Shown here piece by piece: positions 14,601 through 28,800 of a DNA stretch of 64,000 nt (position 1 is its first letter; the number at the start of each line of letters is the position of its first letter). The notes beneath the pieces were generated by a model. The model had not been told where the DNA came from and made no database searches. It saw only the letters and a list, made by a program, of their open reading frames with translations. Position numbers and translations under genes: made by a program. The stretch comes from Eledone cirrhosa (taxonomy: Eukaryota): positions 208,754,001-208,818,000 of the forward strand of contig OZ024743.1 in NCBI GenBank assembly GCA_964016885.1, written 5' to 3'.

Positions 14601-17600
14601 TAGCCAGATGAAAGCTCTTCACTCCATAAGATATACCACAGTTTACCATCCTATAGCCACACATGAAAGCTCTTCACTCCATAAGATATACCACAATTTA
14701 CCATCCTATAGCCACACATGAAAGCTCTTCACTCCATAAGATATACCAAAGTTTACCATCCTATAGCCAGATGAAAGCTCTTCACTCCATAAGATATACC
14801 ACAGTTTACCATCCTATAGCCACACATGAAAGCTATTCACTCCATAAGATATAACACAGTTTACCATCCTATAGCCACAGATGAAAGCTCTTCACTCCAT
14901 AAGATATACCACAGTTTACAATCCTATAGTCACACATGAAAGCTCTTCACTCCATAAGATATACCACAGTTTACCATCCTATAGCCACACATGAAAGCTC
15001 TTCATCCATAAGATATACCACAGTTTACCATCCTATAGCCACACATGGAAGCTCTTCACTCCAAGAGATATGCCACAGTTTACCATCCTATAGCCACACA
15101 TGAAAGCTTTTCATTCCATAAGATATACCACACTTTACCATCCTATAGCCAGATGAAAGCTCTTCACTCCATAAGATATACCACAGTTTACCATCCTATA
15201 GCCACAGATGAAAGCTCTTCACTCCATAAGATATACCACAGTTTACCATCCTATAGCCAGATGAAAGCTCTTCACTCCATAAGATATACCACAGTTTACC
15301 ATCCTATAGCCACACATGAAAGCTTTTCATTCCATAAGATATACCACAGTTTACCATCCTATAGCCAGATAAAAGCTCTTCACTCCATAAGATATACCAC
15401 AGTTTACCATCCTATAGCCACACATGAAAGCTCTTCACTCCATATCATATACCACAGTTTACCATCCTATAGCCACACATGAGAGCTCTTCACTCCATAA
15501 GATATACCGCAGTTTACAATACTATAGTCACAAATGAAAGCTCTTCACTCCATAAGATATACCACAGTTTACCATCCTATAGCCACAGATGAAAGCTCTT
15601 CACTCCATAACATATACCACAGTTTACCATCCTATAGCCAGATGAAAGCTCTTCACTACATAAGATATACCACAGTTTACCATCCTATAGCCACACATGA
15701 AAGCTCTTCACTCCATAAGATATAACACAGTTTACCATCCTATAGCCACAGATGAAAGCTCTTCACCCCATAAGATATACCACAGTTTACCATCCTATAG
15801 CCACACATGAAAGCTCTTCACCCCATAAGATATACCACAGTTTACCATCCTATTGCCACAGATGAAAGCTGTTCACTCCATAAGATATACCACAGTTTAC
15901 CATCCTATAGCCACACATGAAAGATCTTCACTCCATAAGATATACCACAGTTTACCATCCTATAGCCACACATGAAAGCTCTTCACTCCATAGGATATAC
16001 CACAGTTTACCATCCTATAGCCACAGATGAAAGCTCTTCACTCCATAAGATATACCACAGTTTATCATCCTATAGCCAGATGAAAGCTCTTCACTCCATA
16101 AGATATACCACAGTTTACCATCCTATAGCCACGCCACGGATGAAAGCCCTTCACTCCATAAGATATACCAGAGTTTACCATCCTAGAGCCACAGATGAAA
16201 GCTCTTCACTCCATAAGATATACCACAGTTTACCATCATGTGGCCACACATGAAAGCTCTTCACTCCATAAGATATACCACAGTTTACCATCCTATAGCC
16301 ACAGATGAAAGCTCTTCACTCCATAAGATATAACACAGTTTACCCTCCTATAGCCACACATGAAAGCTCTTCACTCCATAAGATATACCACAGTTTACAA
16401 TCCTATAGCCACACATGAAAGCTCTTCACTCCATAAGATATACCACAGTTTACCATCCTATAGCCACACATGAAAGCTCTTAACTCCATAAGATATACCA
16501 CAGTTTACCATCCTATATCAAAACATGAAAGCTCTTCACTCCATAAGATATACCACAGTTTACCATCCTATGGCCACATATGAAAGCTCTTCACTCCATG
16601 AGATATACCACAGTTTACCATCCTATAGCAAAACATGAAAGCTCTTCACTCCATGAGATATACCACAGTTTACCACGCTATGGCCACAGATGAAAGCTCT
16701 TCACTCCATAAGATATACCACAGTTTACCATCCTATAGCCAGATGAAAGCTCTTCACTCCATAAGATATATCACAGTTTACCATCCTATAGCCACAGATG
16801 AAAGCTCTTCACTCCCTAAGATATACCACAGTTTACCATCCTATAGCCATGCATGAAAGCTCTTCACTCCATAAGATATACCACAGTTTACCATCCTATA
16901 GCCACACATGAAAGCTGTTCACTCCATAAGATATACCACAGTTTACCATCCTATAGCCACACATGAAAGCTCTTCACTCCATAAGATATACCACAGTTTA
17001 CCATCCTATAGCCAGATGAAAGCTCTTCACTCCATAAGATATACCACAGTTTACCATCCTATAGCCACACATGAAAGCTCTTCACTCCATAAGATATACC
17101 ACAGTTTACCATCCTATAGCCACACATGAAAGTTCTTCACTCCATAAGATATACCACAGTTTACCATCCTATAGCCACACATGAAAGCTCTTCACTCCAT
17201 AAGATATACCACAGTTTACCATCCTATAGCCACACATGAAAGCTCTTCACTCCATAAGATATACCACAGTTTACCATCCTATAGCCACAGATGAAAGCTC
17301 TTCACTCCATATCATATATCACAGTTTACCATCCTATAGCCACACATGAGAGCTCTTCACTCCATAAGATATACCATAGTTTACCATCCTATAGCCACAC
17401 ATGAAAGCTCTTCACTCCATAAGATATACCACAGTTTACCATCCTATAGCCACACATGAAAGCTCTTCACTCCATAAGATATACCACAGTTTACCATCCT
17501 ATAGCCACACATGAAAGCTCTTCACTCCATAAGATATACCACAGTTTACCATCCTATAGCCACACATGAAAGCTCTTCACTCCATAAGATATACCACAGT

Positions 17601-17620
17601 TTACCATCCTATAGCCACAC
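7722..17620. repeat. Tandem duplication, 2 x 4,871 bp (89 monomers)
   Basis: Constant 4,871 offset from 7879/12750 through 12037/16908. Shared private variants include the 1-bp deletion TTCATCCAT (~10131/15002), TACGAC, TATCAAAAC and GCCATGC. 89x55 - 14x2 + 5 - 1 = 4,871. Confidence 0.93.
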
Positions 17621-20600
17621 ATGAAAGCTCTTCACTCCATAAGATATACCACAGTTTACCATCCTATAGCCACAGATGAAAGCTCTTCACTCCATATCAT
17701 ATATCACAGTTTACCATCCTATAGCCACACATGAAAGCTCTTCACTCCATAAGATATACCACAGTTTACCATCCTATAGCCACAGATGAAAGCTCTTCAC
17801 TCCATATCATATATCACAGTTTACCATCCTATAGCCACACATGAAAGCTCTTCACTCCATAAGATATACCACAGTTTACCATCCTATAGCCACACATGAA
17901 AGCTCTTCACTCCATAAGATATACCACAGTTTACCATCCTATAGCCACAGATGAAAGCTCTTCACTCCATATCATATATCACAGTTTACCATCCTATAGC
18001 CACACATGAGAGCTCTTCACCCCATAAGATATACCACAGTTTACCATCCTATAGCCACACATGAAAGCTCTTCACTCCATAAGATATACCACAGTTTACC
18101 ATCCTATAGCCACACATCAAAGCTCTTCACTCCATAAGATATACCACAGTTTACCATCCTATTGCCACAGATGAAAGCTGTTCACTCCATAAGATATACC
18201 ACAGTTTACCATCCTATAGCCACACATCAAAGCTCTTCACTCCATAAGATATACCACAGTTTACCATCCTATAGCCACAGATGAAAGCTCTTCACTCCAT
18301 CAGATATACCACAGTTTATCATCCTATAGCCAGATGAAAGCTCTTCACTCCATAAGATATACCAAAGTTTACCATCCTATAGCCACAGATGAAAGCTCTT
18401 CACTCCATAAGATATACCACAGTTTACCATCATGTGGCCACACATGAAAGCTCTTCACTCCATAAGATATACCACAGTTTACCATCCTATAGCCACAGAT
18501 GAAAGCTCTTCACTCCATAAGATATAACACAGTTTACCATCCTATAGCCACACATTAAAGCTCTTCACTCCATAAGATATAACACAGTTTACCATCCTAT
18601 AGCCACACATGAAAGCTCTTCACTCCATAAGATATACCACAGTTTACCATCCTATAGCCACACATGAAAGCTCTTCACTCCATAAGATATACCACAGTTT
18701 AGCATCCTATAGCCACACATAGAAGCTCTTCACTCCATGAGATATACCAAAGTTTACCATCCTATAGCCACACATGAAAGCTTTTCATTCCATAAGATAT
18801 ACCACAGTTTACCATCCTATAGCCAGATGAAAGCTCTTCACTCCATAAGATATACCACAGTTTACCATCATGTGGCCACACATGAAAGCTCTTCACTCCA
18901 TAAGATATACCACAGTTTACCATCCTATAGCCACAGATGAAAGCTCTTCACTCCATAAGATATAACACAGTTTACCATCCTATAGCCACACATGAAAGCT
19001 CTTCACTCCATAAGATATACCACAGTTTACAATCCTATAGCCACACATGAAAGCTCTTCACTCCATAAGATATACCACAGTTTACCATCCTATAGCCACA
19101 CATGAAAGCTCTTAACTCCATAAGATATACCACAGTTTACCATCCTATAGCAAAACATGAAAGCTCTTCACTCCATAAGATATACCACAGTTTACCATCC
19201 TATGGCCACATATGAAAGCTCTTCACTCCATGAGATATACCACAGTTTACCATCCTATAGCAAAACATGAAAGCTCTTCACTCCATGAGATATACCACAG
19301 TTTACCACGCTATGGCCACAGATGAAAGCTCTTCACTCCATAAGATATACCACAGTTTACTATCCTATAGCCACAAATGAAAGCTCTTCACTCCATAAGA
19401 TATACCACAGTTTACCATCCTATAGCCAGATGAAAGCTCTTCACTCCATAAGATATACCACAGTTTACCATCCTATAGCCACACATGAAAGCTTTTCATT
19501 CCATAAGATATACCACAGTTTACCATCCTATAGCCAGATAAAAGCTCTTCACTCCATAAGATATACCACAGTTTACCATCCTATAGCCACACATGAAAGC
19601 TCTTCACTCCATAAGATATACCACAGTTTACCATCCTATAGCCACGAATGAAAGCTCTTCACTCTATAAGATATACCACAGTTTACCATCCTATAGCCAC
19701 ACATGAAAGCTCTTCACTCCATAAGATATACCACAGTTTACCATCCTATAGCCAGATGAAAGCTCTTCACTCCATAAGATATACCACAGTTTACCATCCT
19801 ATAGCCACAGATGAAAGCTCTTCACTCCCTAAGATATACCACAGTTTACCATCCTATAGCCACACATGAAAGCTCTTCACTCCATAAGATATACCACAGT
19901 TTACCATCCTATAGCCACACATGAAAGCTGTTCACTCCATAAGATATACCACAGTTTACCATCCTATAGCCACACATGAAAGCTCTTCACTCCATAAGAT
20001 ATACCACAGTTTACCATCCTATAGCCAGATGAAAGCTCTTCACTCCATAAGATATACCACAGTTTACCATCCTATAGCCACACATGAAAGCTCTTCATTC
20101 CATAGGATATACCACAGTTTACCATCCTATAGCCACACATGAAAGTTCTTCACTCCATAAGATATACCACAGTTTACCATCCTATAGCCACACATGAAAG
20201 CTCTTCACTCCATAAGATATACCACAGTTTACCATCCTATAGCCACACATGAAAGCTCTTCACTCCATAAGATATACCACAGTTTACCATCCTATAGCCA
20301 CAGATGAAAGCTCTTCACTCCATATCATATACCACAGTTTACCATCCTATAGCCACACATGAGAGCTCTTCACTCCATAAGAGATACCGCAGTTTACAAT
20401 CCTATAGTCACACATGAAAGCTCTTCACCCCATAAGATATACCACAGTTTACCATCCTATAGCCAAACATGAAAGCTCTTCACCCCATAAGATATACCAC
20501 AGTTTACCATCCTATTGCCACAGATGAAAGCTGTTCACTCCATAAGATATACCACAGTTTACCATCCTATAGCCACACATGAAAGCTCTTCACTCCATTA

Positions 20601-22001
20601 GACATACCACAGTTTACCATCCTATAGCCACACACGAAAGCTCTTCACTCCATAAGATATACCACAGTTTACCATCCTATAGCCACAGATGAAAGCTCTT
20701 CACTCCATCAGATATACCACAGTTTATCATCCTGTAGCCAGATGAAAGCTCTTCACTCCATAAGATATACCACAGTTTACCATCCTATAGCCACGCCACG
20801 GATGAAAGCTCTTCACTCCATAAGATATACCACAGTTTACCATCCTAGAGCCACAGATGAAAGCTCTTCACTCCATAAGATATACCACAGTTTACCATCA
20901 TGTGGCCACACATGAAAGCTCTTCACTCCATAAGATATACCACAGTTTACCATCCTATAGCCACAGATGAAAGCTCTTCACTCCATAAGATATAACACAG
21001 TTTACCATCCTATAGCCACACATTAAAGCTCTTCACTCCATAAGATATACCACAGTTTACCATCCTATAGCCACACATGAAAGCTCTTCACTCCATAAGA
21101 TATAACACAGTTTACCATCCTATAGCCACAGATGAAAGCTCTTCACACCATAATATATACCACAGTTTACAATCCTATAGTCACACATGAAAGCTCTTCA
21201 CTCCATAAGATATACCACAGTCTACCATCCTATAGCCACACATGAAAGCTCTTCACTCCATAAGATATACCACAGTTTAGCATCCTATAGCCACACATAG
21301 AAGCTCTTCACTCCATGAGATATACCAAAGTTTACCATCCTATAGCCACACATGAAAGCTTTTCATTCCATAAGATATACCACAGTTTACCATCCTATAG
21401 CCAGATGAAAGCTCTTCACTCCATAAGATATACCACAGTTTACCATCCTATAGCCACAAATGAAAGCTCTTCACTCCATAAGATATACCACAGTTTACCA
21501 TCCTATAGCCAGATGAAAGCTCTTCACTCCATGAGATATACCACAGTTTACCATCCTATAGCCAGATGAAAGCTCTTCACTCCATAAGATATACCACAGT
21601 TTACCATCCTATAGCCACAAATGAAAGCTCTTCACTCCATAAGATATACCACAGTTTACCATCCTATAGCCAGATGAAAGCTCTTCACTCCATAAGATAT
21701 ACCACAGTTTACCATCCTATAGCCACACATGAAAGCTCTTCACTCCATAAGATATACCACAGTTTACCATCCTATAGCCACACATGAAAGCTCTTCACTC
21801 CATAAAATATACCACAGTTTACCATCCTATAACCACACATGAAAGCTCTTCACTCCATAAGATATACCACAGTTTACCATCCTATAGCCAGATGAAAGCT
21901 CTTCACTCCATAAGATATACCACAGTTTACCATCCTATAGCCACGCATGAAAGCTCTTCACTCCATAAGATATACCACAGTTTACCATCCTATAGCCACA
22001 C

Positions 22002-24850
22002 ATGGAAGCTCTTCACTCCATGAGATATACCACAGTTTACCATCCTATAGCCACACATGAAAGCTCTTCACTCCATAAGATATACCACAGTTTACCATCC
22101 TATAGCCAGATAAAAGCTCTTCACTCCATAAGATATACCACAGTTTACCATCCTATAGCCACACATGAAAGTTCTTCACTCCATAAGATATACCACAGTT
22201 TACCATCCTAGAGCCACAGATGAAAGCTCTTCGCTCCATATCATATACCACAGTTTACCATCCTATAGCCACACATGAGAGCTCTTCACTCCATAAGATA
22301 TACCGCAGTTTACAATCCTATAGTCACACATGAAAGCTCTTCACTCCATAAGATATACCACAGTTTACCATCCTATAGCCACACATGAAAGCTCTTCACT
22401 CCATAAGATATAACACAGTTTACCATCCTATAGCCACACATGAAAGCTCTTCACTCCATAAGATATACCACAGTTTACCATCCTATAGCCACACATGGAA
22501 GCTCTTCACTCCATGAGATATACCACAGTTTACCATCCTATAGCCACACATGAAAGCTCTTCACTCCATAAGATATACCACAGTTTACCATCCTATAGCC
22601 AGATGAAAGCTCTTCACTCCATAAGATATACCACAGTTTACCATCCTATAGCCACAAATGAAAGCTCTTCACTCCATAAGATATACCACAGTTTACCATC
22701 CTATAGCCACACATGAAAGGTCTTCACTCCATAAGATATACCACAGTTTACCATCCTATAGCCACACATGAAAGCTCTTCACTCCATAAGATATACCACA
22801 GTTTACCATCCTATAGCCAGATGAAAGCTCTTCACTCCATAAGATATACCACAGTTTACCATCCTATAGCCACACATGAAAGCTCTTCACTCCATAAGAT
22901 ATACCACAATTTACCATCCTATAGCCACACATGAAAGCTCTTCACTCAATAAGATATACCACAGTTTACCATCCTATAGCCACAAATGAAAGCTCTTCAC
23001 TCCATAAGATATACCAAAGTTTACCATCCTATAGCCAGATGAAAGCTCTTCACTCCATAAGATATACCACAGTTTACCATCCTATAGCCACACATGAAAG
23101 CTATTCACTCCATAAGATATAACACAGTTTACCATCCTATAGCCACAGATGAAAGCTCTTCACTCCATAAGATATACCACAGTTTACAATCCTCTAGTCA
23201 CACATGAAAGCTCTTCACTCCATAAGATATACCACAGTTTACCATCCTATAGCCACACATGAAAGCTCTTCACTCCATAAGATATACCACAGTTTACCAT
23301 CCTATAGCCACACATGGAAGCTCTTCACTCCATGAGATATGCCACAGTTTACCATCCTATAGCCACACATGAAAGCTTTTCATTCCATAAGATATACCAC
23401 ACTTTACCATCCTATAGCCAGATGAAAGCTCTTCACTCCATAAGATATACCACAGTTTACCATCCTATAGCCACAGATGAAAGCTCTTCACTCCATAAGA
23501 TATACCACAGTTTACCATCCTATAGCCAGATGAAAGCTCTTCACTCCATAAGATATACCACAGTTTACCATCCTATAGCCACACATGAAAGCTTTTCATT
23601 CCATAAGATATACCACAGTTTACCATCCTATAGCCAGATAAAAGCTCTTCACTCCATAAGATATACCACAGTTTACCATCCTATAGCCACACATGAAAGC
23701 TCTTCACTCCATATCATATACCACAGTTTACCATCCTATAGCCACACATGAGAGCTCTTCACTCCATAAGATATACCGCAGTTTATAATCCTATAGTCAC
23801 ACATGAAAGCTCTTCACTCCATAAGATATACCACAGTTTACCATCCTATAGCGACAGATGAAAGCTCTTCACTCCATAACATATACCACAGTTTACCATC
23901 CTATAGCCAGATGAAAGCTCTTCACCCCATAAAATATACCACAGTTTACCATCCTATAGCCACACATGAAAGCTCTTCACCCCATAAGATATACCACAGT
24001 TTACCATCCTATTGCCACAGATGAAAGCTGTTCACTCCATAAGATATACCACAGTTTACCATCCTATAGCCACACATGAAAGATCTTCACTCCATAAGAT
24101 ATACCACAGTTTACCATCCTATAGCCACACATGAAAGCTCTTCACTCCATAGGATATACCACAGTTTACCATCCTATAGCCACAGATGAAAGCTCTTCAC
24201 TCCATAAGATATACCACAGTTTATCATCCTATAGCCAGATGAAAGCTCTTCACTCCATAAGATATACCACAGTTTACCATCCTATAGCCACGCCACGGAT
24301 GAAAGCCCTTCACTCCATAAGATATACCACAGTTTACCATCCTAGAGCCACAGATGAAAGCTCTTCACTCCATAAGATATACCACAGTTTACCATCATGT
24401 GGCCACACATGAAAGCTCTTCACTCCATAAGATATACCACAGTTTACCATCCTATAGCCACAGATGAAAGCTCTTCACTCCATAAGATATAACACAGTTT
24501 ACCATCCTATAGCCACACATGAAAGCTCTTCACTCCATAAGATATACCACAGTTTACAATCCTATAGCCACACATGAAAGCTCTTCACTCCATAAGATAT
24601 ACCACAGTTTACCATCCTATAGCCACACATGAAAGCTCTTAACTCCATAAGATATACCACAGTTTACCATCCTATAGCAAAACATGAAAGCTCTTCACTC
24701 CATAAGATATACCACAGTTTCCCATCCTATGGCCACATATGAAAGCTCTTCACTCCATGAGATATACCACAGTTTACCATCCTATAGCAAAACATGAAAG
24801 CTCTTCACTCCATGAGATATACCACAGTTTACCACGCTATGGCCACAAAT
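22002..24850. repeat. Shortened paralogue of ~8588-11830
   Basis: Same order of variants (GAAAGG, ACAATTT, CCAAAG, GCTATTC, TATGCCAC, CACACTTT, ATAGGAT, 60-mer, GCCCTT, CATGTGG, GCAAAAC), with whole monomers missing. Confidence 0.8.
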
Positions 24851-25859
24851 GAAAGCTCTTCACTCCATAAGATATACCAGAGTTTACCATCCTATAGTCA
24901 CACATTAAAGCTCTTCACTCCATAAGATATACCACAGTTTACCATCCTATAACCAGATGAAAGCTCTTCACTCCATAAGATATACCACAGTTTACCATCC
25001 TATAGCCACAGATTAAAGCTCTTTACTCCATAAGATATTCCACAGTTTACCATCCTATAGCCACAGATGAAAGCTCTTCACTCCATAAGATATACCACAG
25101 TTTACCATCCTATAGCTACAGATGAAAGCTGTTCACTCCATAAGATATACCACAGTTTACCCTCATATAGCCACACATGAAAGCTCTTCACTCCATGAGA
25201 TATACCACAGTTTACCATCCTATAGCCACACATGAAAGCTCTTCACTCCATAAGATATACCACAGTTTACCATCCTATAGCCAGATGAAAGCTCTTCACT
25301 CCATAAGATATACCATAGTTTACCATCCTATAGCCAGATGAAAGCTCTTCACTCCATAAGATATACCACAGTTTACCATCCTATAGCCACACATGAAAGC
25401 TTTTCATTCCATAAGATATACCACAGTTTACCATCCTATAGCCAGATAAAAGCTCTTCACTCCATAAGATATACCACAGTTTACCATCCTATAGCCACAC
25501 ATGAAAGCTCTTCATTCCATAAGATATACCACAGTTTACCATCCTATAGCCACACATGAAAGCTCTTCACTCCATAAGATATACCACAGTTTACCATCCT
25601 ATAGCCACACATGAAAGCTCTTCACTCCATAAGATATACCACAGTTTACCATCCTATAGCCAGATGAAAGCTCTTCACTCCATAAGATATACCACAGTTT
25701 ACCATCCTATAGCCACAGATGAAAGCTCTTCACTCCATAAGATATACCACAGTTTACCATCCTATAGCCACGCATGAAAGCTCTTCACTCCATAAGATAT
25801 ACCACAGTTTACCATCCTATAGCCACACATGAAAGCTGTTCACTCCATAAGATATACCA

Positions 25860-28800
25860 CAGTTTACCATCCTATAGCCACACATGAAAGCTCTTCACTC
25901 CATAAGATATACCACAGTTTACCATCCTATAGCCACACATGGAAGCTCTTCACTCCATAAGATATACCACAGTTTACCATCCTATAGCCAGATAAAAGCT
26001 CTTCACTCCATAAGATATACCACAGTTTACCATCCTATAGCCACACATGAAAGCTGTTCACTCCATAAGATATACCACAGTTTACCATCCTATAGCCACA
26101 CATGAAAGCTCTTCACTCCATAAGATATACCACAGTTTACCATCCTATAGCCACACATGGAAGCTCTTCACTCCATGAGATATACCACAGTTTTACCATC
26201 CTATAGCCACACATGAAAGCTCTTCACTCCATAAGATATACCACAGTTTACCATCCTATAGCCAGATGAAAGCTCTTCACTCCATAAGATATACCACAGT
26301 TTACCATCCTATAGCCACACATGAAAGCTCTTCACTCCATAAGATATACCACAGTTTACCATCCTATAGCCACACATGAAAGCTCTACACTCCATAAGAT
26401 ATACCACAGTTTACCATCCTATAGCCACAGATGAAAGCTCTTCACTCCATATCATATACCACAGTTTACCATCCTATAGCCACACATGAGAGCTCTTCAC
26501 TCCATAAGATATACCGCAGTTTACAATCCTATAGTCACACATGAAAGCTCTTCACTCCATAAGATATACCACAGTTTACCATCCTATAGCCACAGATGAA
26601 AGCTCTTCACTCCATAACATATACCACAGTTTACCATCCTATAGCCAGATGAAAGCTCTTCACTACATAAGATATACCACAGTTTACCATCCTATAGCCA
26701 CACATGAAAGCTCTTCACTCCATAAGATATAACACAGTTTACCATCCAATAGCCACAGATGAAAGCTCTTCACCCCATAAGATATACCACAGTTTACCAT
26801 CCTATAGCCACACATGAAAGCTCTTCACCCCATAAGATATACCACAGTTTACCATCCTATTGCCACAGATGAAAGCTGTTCACTCCATAAGATATACCAC
26901 AGTTTACCATCCTATAGCCACACATGAAAGATCTTCACTCCATAAGATATACCACAGTTTACCATCCTATAGCCACACATGAAAGCTCTTCACTCCATAA
27001 GATATACCACAGTTTACCATCCTATAGCCACAGATGAAAGCTCTTCACTCCATAAGATATACCACAGTTTATCATCCTATAGCCAGATGAAAGCTCTTCA
27101 CTCCATAAGATATACCACAGTTTACCATCCTATAGCCACGCCACGGATGAAAGCCCTTCACTCCATAAGATATACCACAGTTTACCATCCTAGAGCCACA
27201 GATGAAAGCTCTTCACTCCATAAGATATACCACAGTTTACCATCATGTGGCCACACATGAAAGCTCTTCACTCCATAAGATATACCACAGTTTACCATCC
27301 TATAGCCACAGATGAAAGCTCTTCACTCCATAAGATATAACACAGTTTACCATCCTATAGCCACACATGAAAGCTCTTCACTCCATAAGATATACCACAG
27401 TTTACAATCCTATAGCCACACATGAAAGCTCTTCACTCCATAAGATATACCACAGTTTACCATCCTATAGCCACACATGAAAGCTCTTAACTCCATAAGA
27501 TATACCACAGTTTACCACCATCCAATAGCAAAACATGAAAGCTCTTCACTCCATAAGATATACCACAGTTTACCATCCTATGGCCACAGATAAAAGCTCT
27601 TCACTCCATGAGATATACCACAGTTTACTATCCTATAGCAAAACATGAAAGCTCTTCACTCCATGAGATATACCGCAGTTTACCACGCTATGGCCACAGA
27701 TGAAAGCTCTTCACTCCATAAGATATACCACAGTTTACCATCCTATAGTCACACATGAAAGCTCTTCACTCCATAAGATATACCACAGTTTACCATCCTA
27801 TAACCAGATGAAAGCTCTTCACTCCATAATATATACCACAGTTTACCATCCTATAGCCACAGATTAAAGCTCTTTACTCCATAAGATATTCCACAGTTTA
27901 CCATCCTATAGCCACAGATGAAAGCTCTTCACTCCATAAGATATACCACAGTTTACCATCCTATAGCTACAGATGAAAGCTGTTCACTCCATAAGATATA
28001 CCACAGTTTACCCTCATATAGCCACACATGAAAGCTCTTCACTCCATGAGATATACCACAGTTTACCATCCTATAGCCACACATGAAAGCTCTTCACTCC
28101 ATAAGATATACCACAGTTTACCATCCTATAGCCAGATGAAAGCTCTTCACTCCATAAGATATACCACAGTTTACCATCCTATAGCCACACATGAAAGCTC
28201 TTCACTCCATAAGATATACCACTGTTTACCATCCTATAGCCACACATGAAAGCTCTTCACTCCATAAGATATACCACAGTTTACCATCCTATAGCCACAC
28301 ATGAAAGCTCTTCACTCCATAAGATATACCACAGTTTACCATCCTATGGCCAGATGAAAGCTCTTCACTCCATAAGATATACCACAGTTTACATCCTATA
28401 GCCACACATGGAAGCTCTTCACTCCATAAGATATACCACAATTTACCATCCTATAGCCACACATGAAAGCCCTTCACTCAATAAGATATACCACAGCTTA
28501 CCATCCTATAGCCACAAATGAAAGCTCTTCACTCCATAAGATATACCAAAGTTTACCATCCTATAGCCAGATGAAAGCTCTTCACTCCATAAGATATACC
28601 ACAGTTTACCATCCTATAGCCACACATGAAAGCTCTTCACTCCATGAGATATACCACAGTTTACCATCCTGTAGCCACACATGAAAGCTTTTCATTCCAT
28701 AAGATATACCACAGTTTACCATCCTATAGCCAGATGAAAGCTCTTCACTCCATAAGATATACCACAGTTTACCATCCTATAGCCACACATGAAAGCTGTT

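Noticed and set aside
17401-17455. Heat-shock element, GATA, forkhead, TATA-box or CENP-B box motifs in the monomer
   Set aside because: GAA and TTC are 5 bp apart rather than the 2 bp of an HSE. AGATAT, GTAAACT and TATAG/TATAC miss the canonical consensus, and no CENP-B box core (TTCG....A..CGGG) is present.
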